A stretch of 44,171 nt of DNA from a virus. Lineage: Duplodnaviria > Caudoviricetes. The position numbers were made by a program, and so were the translations under genes. The notes beneath the pieces were generated by a model. That model was not told the DNA's origin, made no database searches, and saw nothing but the letters and a program-made list of their open reading frames with translations. Shown one piece after another: positions 42,932-44,171 of this stretch. The number at the start of each line of letters is the position of its first letter. Positions within the stretch are counted from its first letter, which is position 1. The DNA lies in the IMG/VR virus record IMGVR_UViG_3300012940_000011, positions 1 to 44,171 of that record; one strand, 5' to 3'.

Positions 42932-44171
42932 ATGGCGCACCGCTATTGGCGAATTCTGTTTCCACGCTCTCCTGCCGGCGGGCCAGGCTACGACTTGGTG
43001 CAAGGCGTTTGCGTGGTGGGCGTCGAAATGCGGGCGTCCATCGGCGGGGGCAACGCTATCGGGGGCGGCACCGCTTCCGCGTCGTCCACGGGTGGTTCGG
43101 GCAGCGTTAGCGCTGCCAACGGATTTTCGGCCTATAGCGGGACGGATCGTTGGCAAACCCAAACGTCAACCGCTGGTCATAAGAACGCCTATGAGGCGTG
43201 GCTGTGCTACGATTTTGGCAGCGGCAACGATATTGAGATTGAGGAAATTACGATTGTCGGGGTTGCTGGATCCCATGGAGCGACCAATCCGGCCCGGTTT
43301 GTTCTTCAATTTTCGGATAACAACGTAGATTGGACCAGTAAATATTTCTGGCAAACGCCGAGTGCATGGGCGACGGATGGCACCGATGTTCGCGTTTTCA
43401 ACAGTCTTAACGCCGTCGATTATTCTTTCATAAATCAGGGGCGGCTTGTCAGCCTGATCAATTACCCCGCAAAACAGGTTCGCGCCACCAGCCTGCGCAT
43501 TAGCTCGCTTTTCCGCCAGATTACGCAGCAACTACGGGTTACGCAGCTTCGCGTGATTTCACTCGTGCGGGGGCGTGTCGCCAATCCCCGTGTACGAACC
43601 TGGACTTTCACGCTGGACGGGCACGATTTCTATGTGCTGCGCCTCGGCGATCAAGAGACGCTGGTGTATGATGTTTCAACCGAACAATGGGTGAATTGGG
43701 ATAGTGCCGGGCTTCCCTTTTGGCGCCCGAATGTCGGTATGTCGTGGATTGGCGGAACGCCGCTTGCACACGATCATGGCTCAAATATTGTCGTCGGTGA
43801 CGACACTTTCGGCCTGCTCTGGTTTCTGGATCCCGATCAACCATTTGACGAGAACCCCGATTATCTGGCGCCGCAGCAGGAAATTCCCTTTGAGCGCGTT
43901 GTGACGGCGCAGGTTCCGATGCGTGGACGCGAGGTGCTGCCGTGCTATGCGGTTTTCCTTACGGGCGACAATTACGGGCTTTCGGCCAATGATTTTGTTC
44001 CTACGGTCAAGCTCGAATATTCGGATGATGCCGGCAAGACCTACGACGACGCCGGCACGCTCAACGTCACCCTGGACACGGCGGAACCGTGCTACGAGTG
44101 GCTTTCGCTCGGTCAAATCGGTGCTCCCGGCCGACTTTTCAAAATCACTGACAATGGGGTTTTCGCTCGCA
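42932..44171 (+). CDS. Discoidin-like N-domain fused to the gp10-like C-terminal half (continues to 164; about 426 aa)
   Basis: Translated by hand: MAHRYWRI...WLCYDFG...LQFSDNNVDW, then WTFTLDGHDFYVL...LVYD...W, VVGD, LEYSDDAGKTY, WLSLG. Confidence 0.8.
   Translation, partial: MAHRYWRILFPRSPAGGPGYDLVQGVCVVGVEMRASIGGGNAIGGGTASASSTGGSGSVSAANGFSAYSGTDRWQTQTSTAGHKNAYEAWLCYDFGSGNDIEIEEITIVGVAGSHGATNPARFVLQFSDNNVDWTSKYFWQTPSAWATDGTDVRVFNSLNAVDYSFINQGRLVSLINYPAKQVRATSLRISSLFRQITQQLRVTQLRVISLVRGRVANPRVRTWTFTLDGHDFYVLRLGDQETLVYDVSTEQWVNWDSAGLPFWRPNVGMSWIGGTPLAHDHGSNIVVGDDTFGLLWFLDPDQPFDENPDYLAPQQEIPFERVVTAQVPMRGREVLPCYAVFLTGDNYGLSANDFVPTVKLEYSDDAGKTYDDAGTLNVTLDTAEPCYEWLSLGQIGAPGRLFKITDNGVFAR
44049..44171. 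repeat. Terminal direct repeat copy 2
   Basis: Identical to 1-123. Confidence 0.95.

Overview
The window is an essentially complete, circularly closed genome of a tailed dsDNA phage. Bases 1-123 are repeated at 44049-44171, giving a unique length of about 44,048 bp. The genome has two arms. The + strand arm (about 27.9 kb to the end, then 1-9.66 kb) carries small accessory genes, terminase, a P22-like portal/scaffold/coat/gp4/gp10 podovirus virion module, receptor-binding proteins, three ejection proteins and a lysis cassette. The - strand arm (27.5 kb down to 9.66 kb) carries early genes and an APSE/BPP-1-style replication module: primase-helicase, SNF2 helicase, DUF2800 nuclease, DUF2815 SSB, PolA and RuvC. 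I saw no integrase, tRNA, CRISPR array or RNA polymerase. High GC and promoter style weakly suggest an alphaproteobacterial host. The most notable observations are: (1) at least six proteins, most of them unrelated, end in the same C-terminal tag [EQ][YF]DL, often encoded by near-identical gene-junction DNA; (2) a P22 gp10-like tail hub is split into two genes around inserted receptor-binding modules; (3) a perfect 13-bp hairpin buries the RBS and start codon of the major capsid gene; (4) repeated or structured intergenic RNA elements bracket the nuclease-SSB cassette; (5) an HNH-MerR in-frame fusion; (6) a 45-aa domain duplicated between a replication-arm protein and a structural-arm protein. 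All family assignments come from motif recognition by eye, with no database searches.
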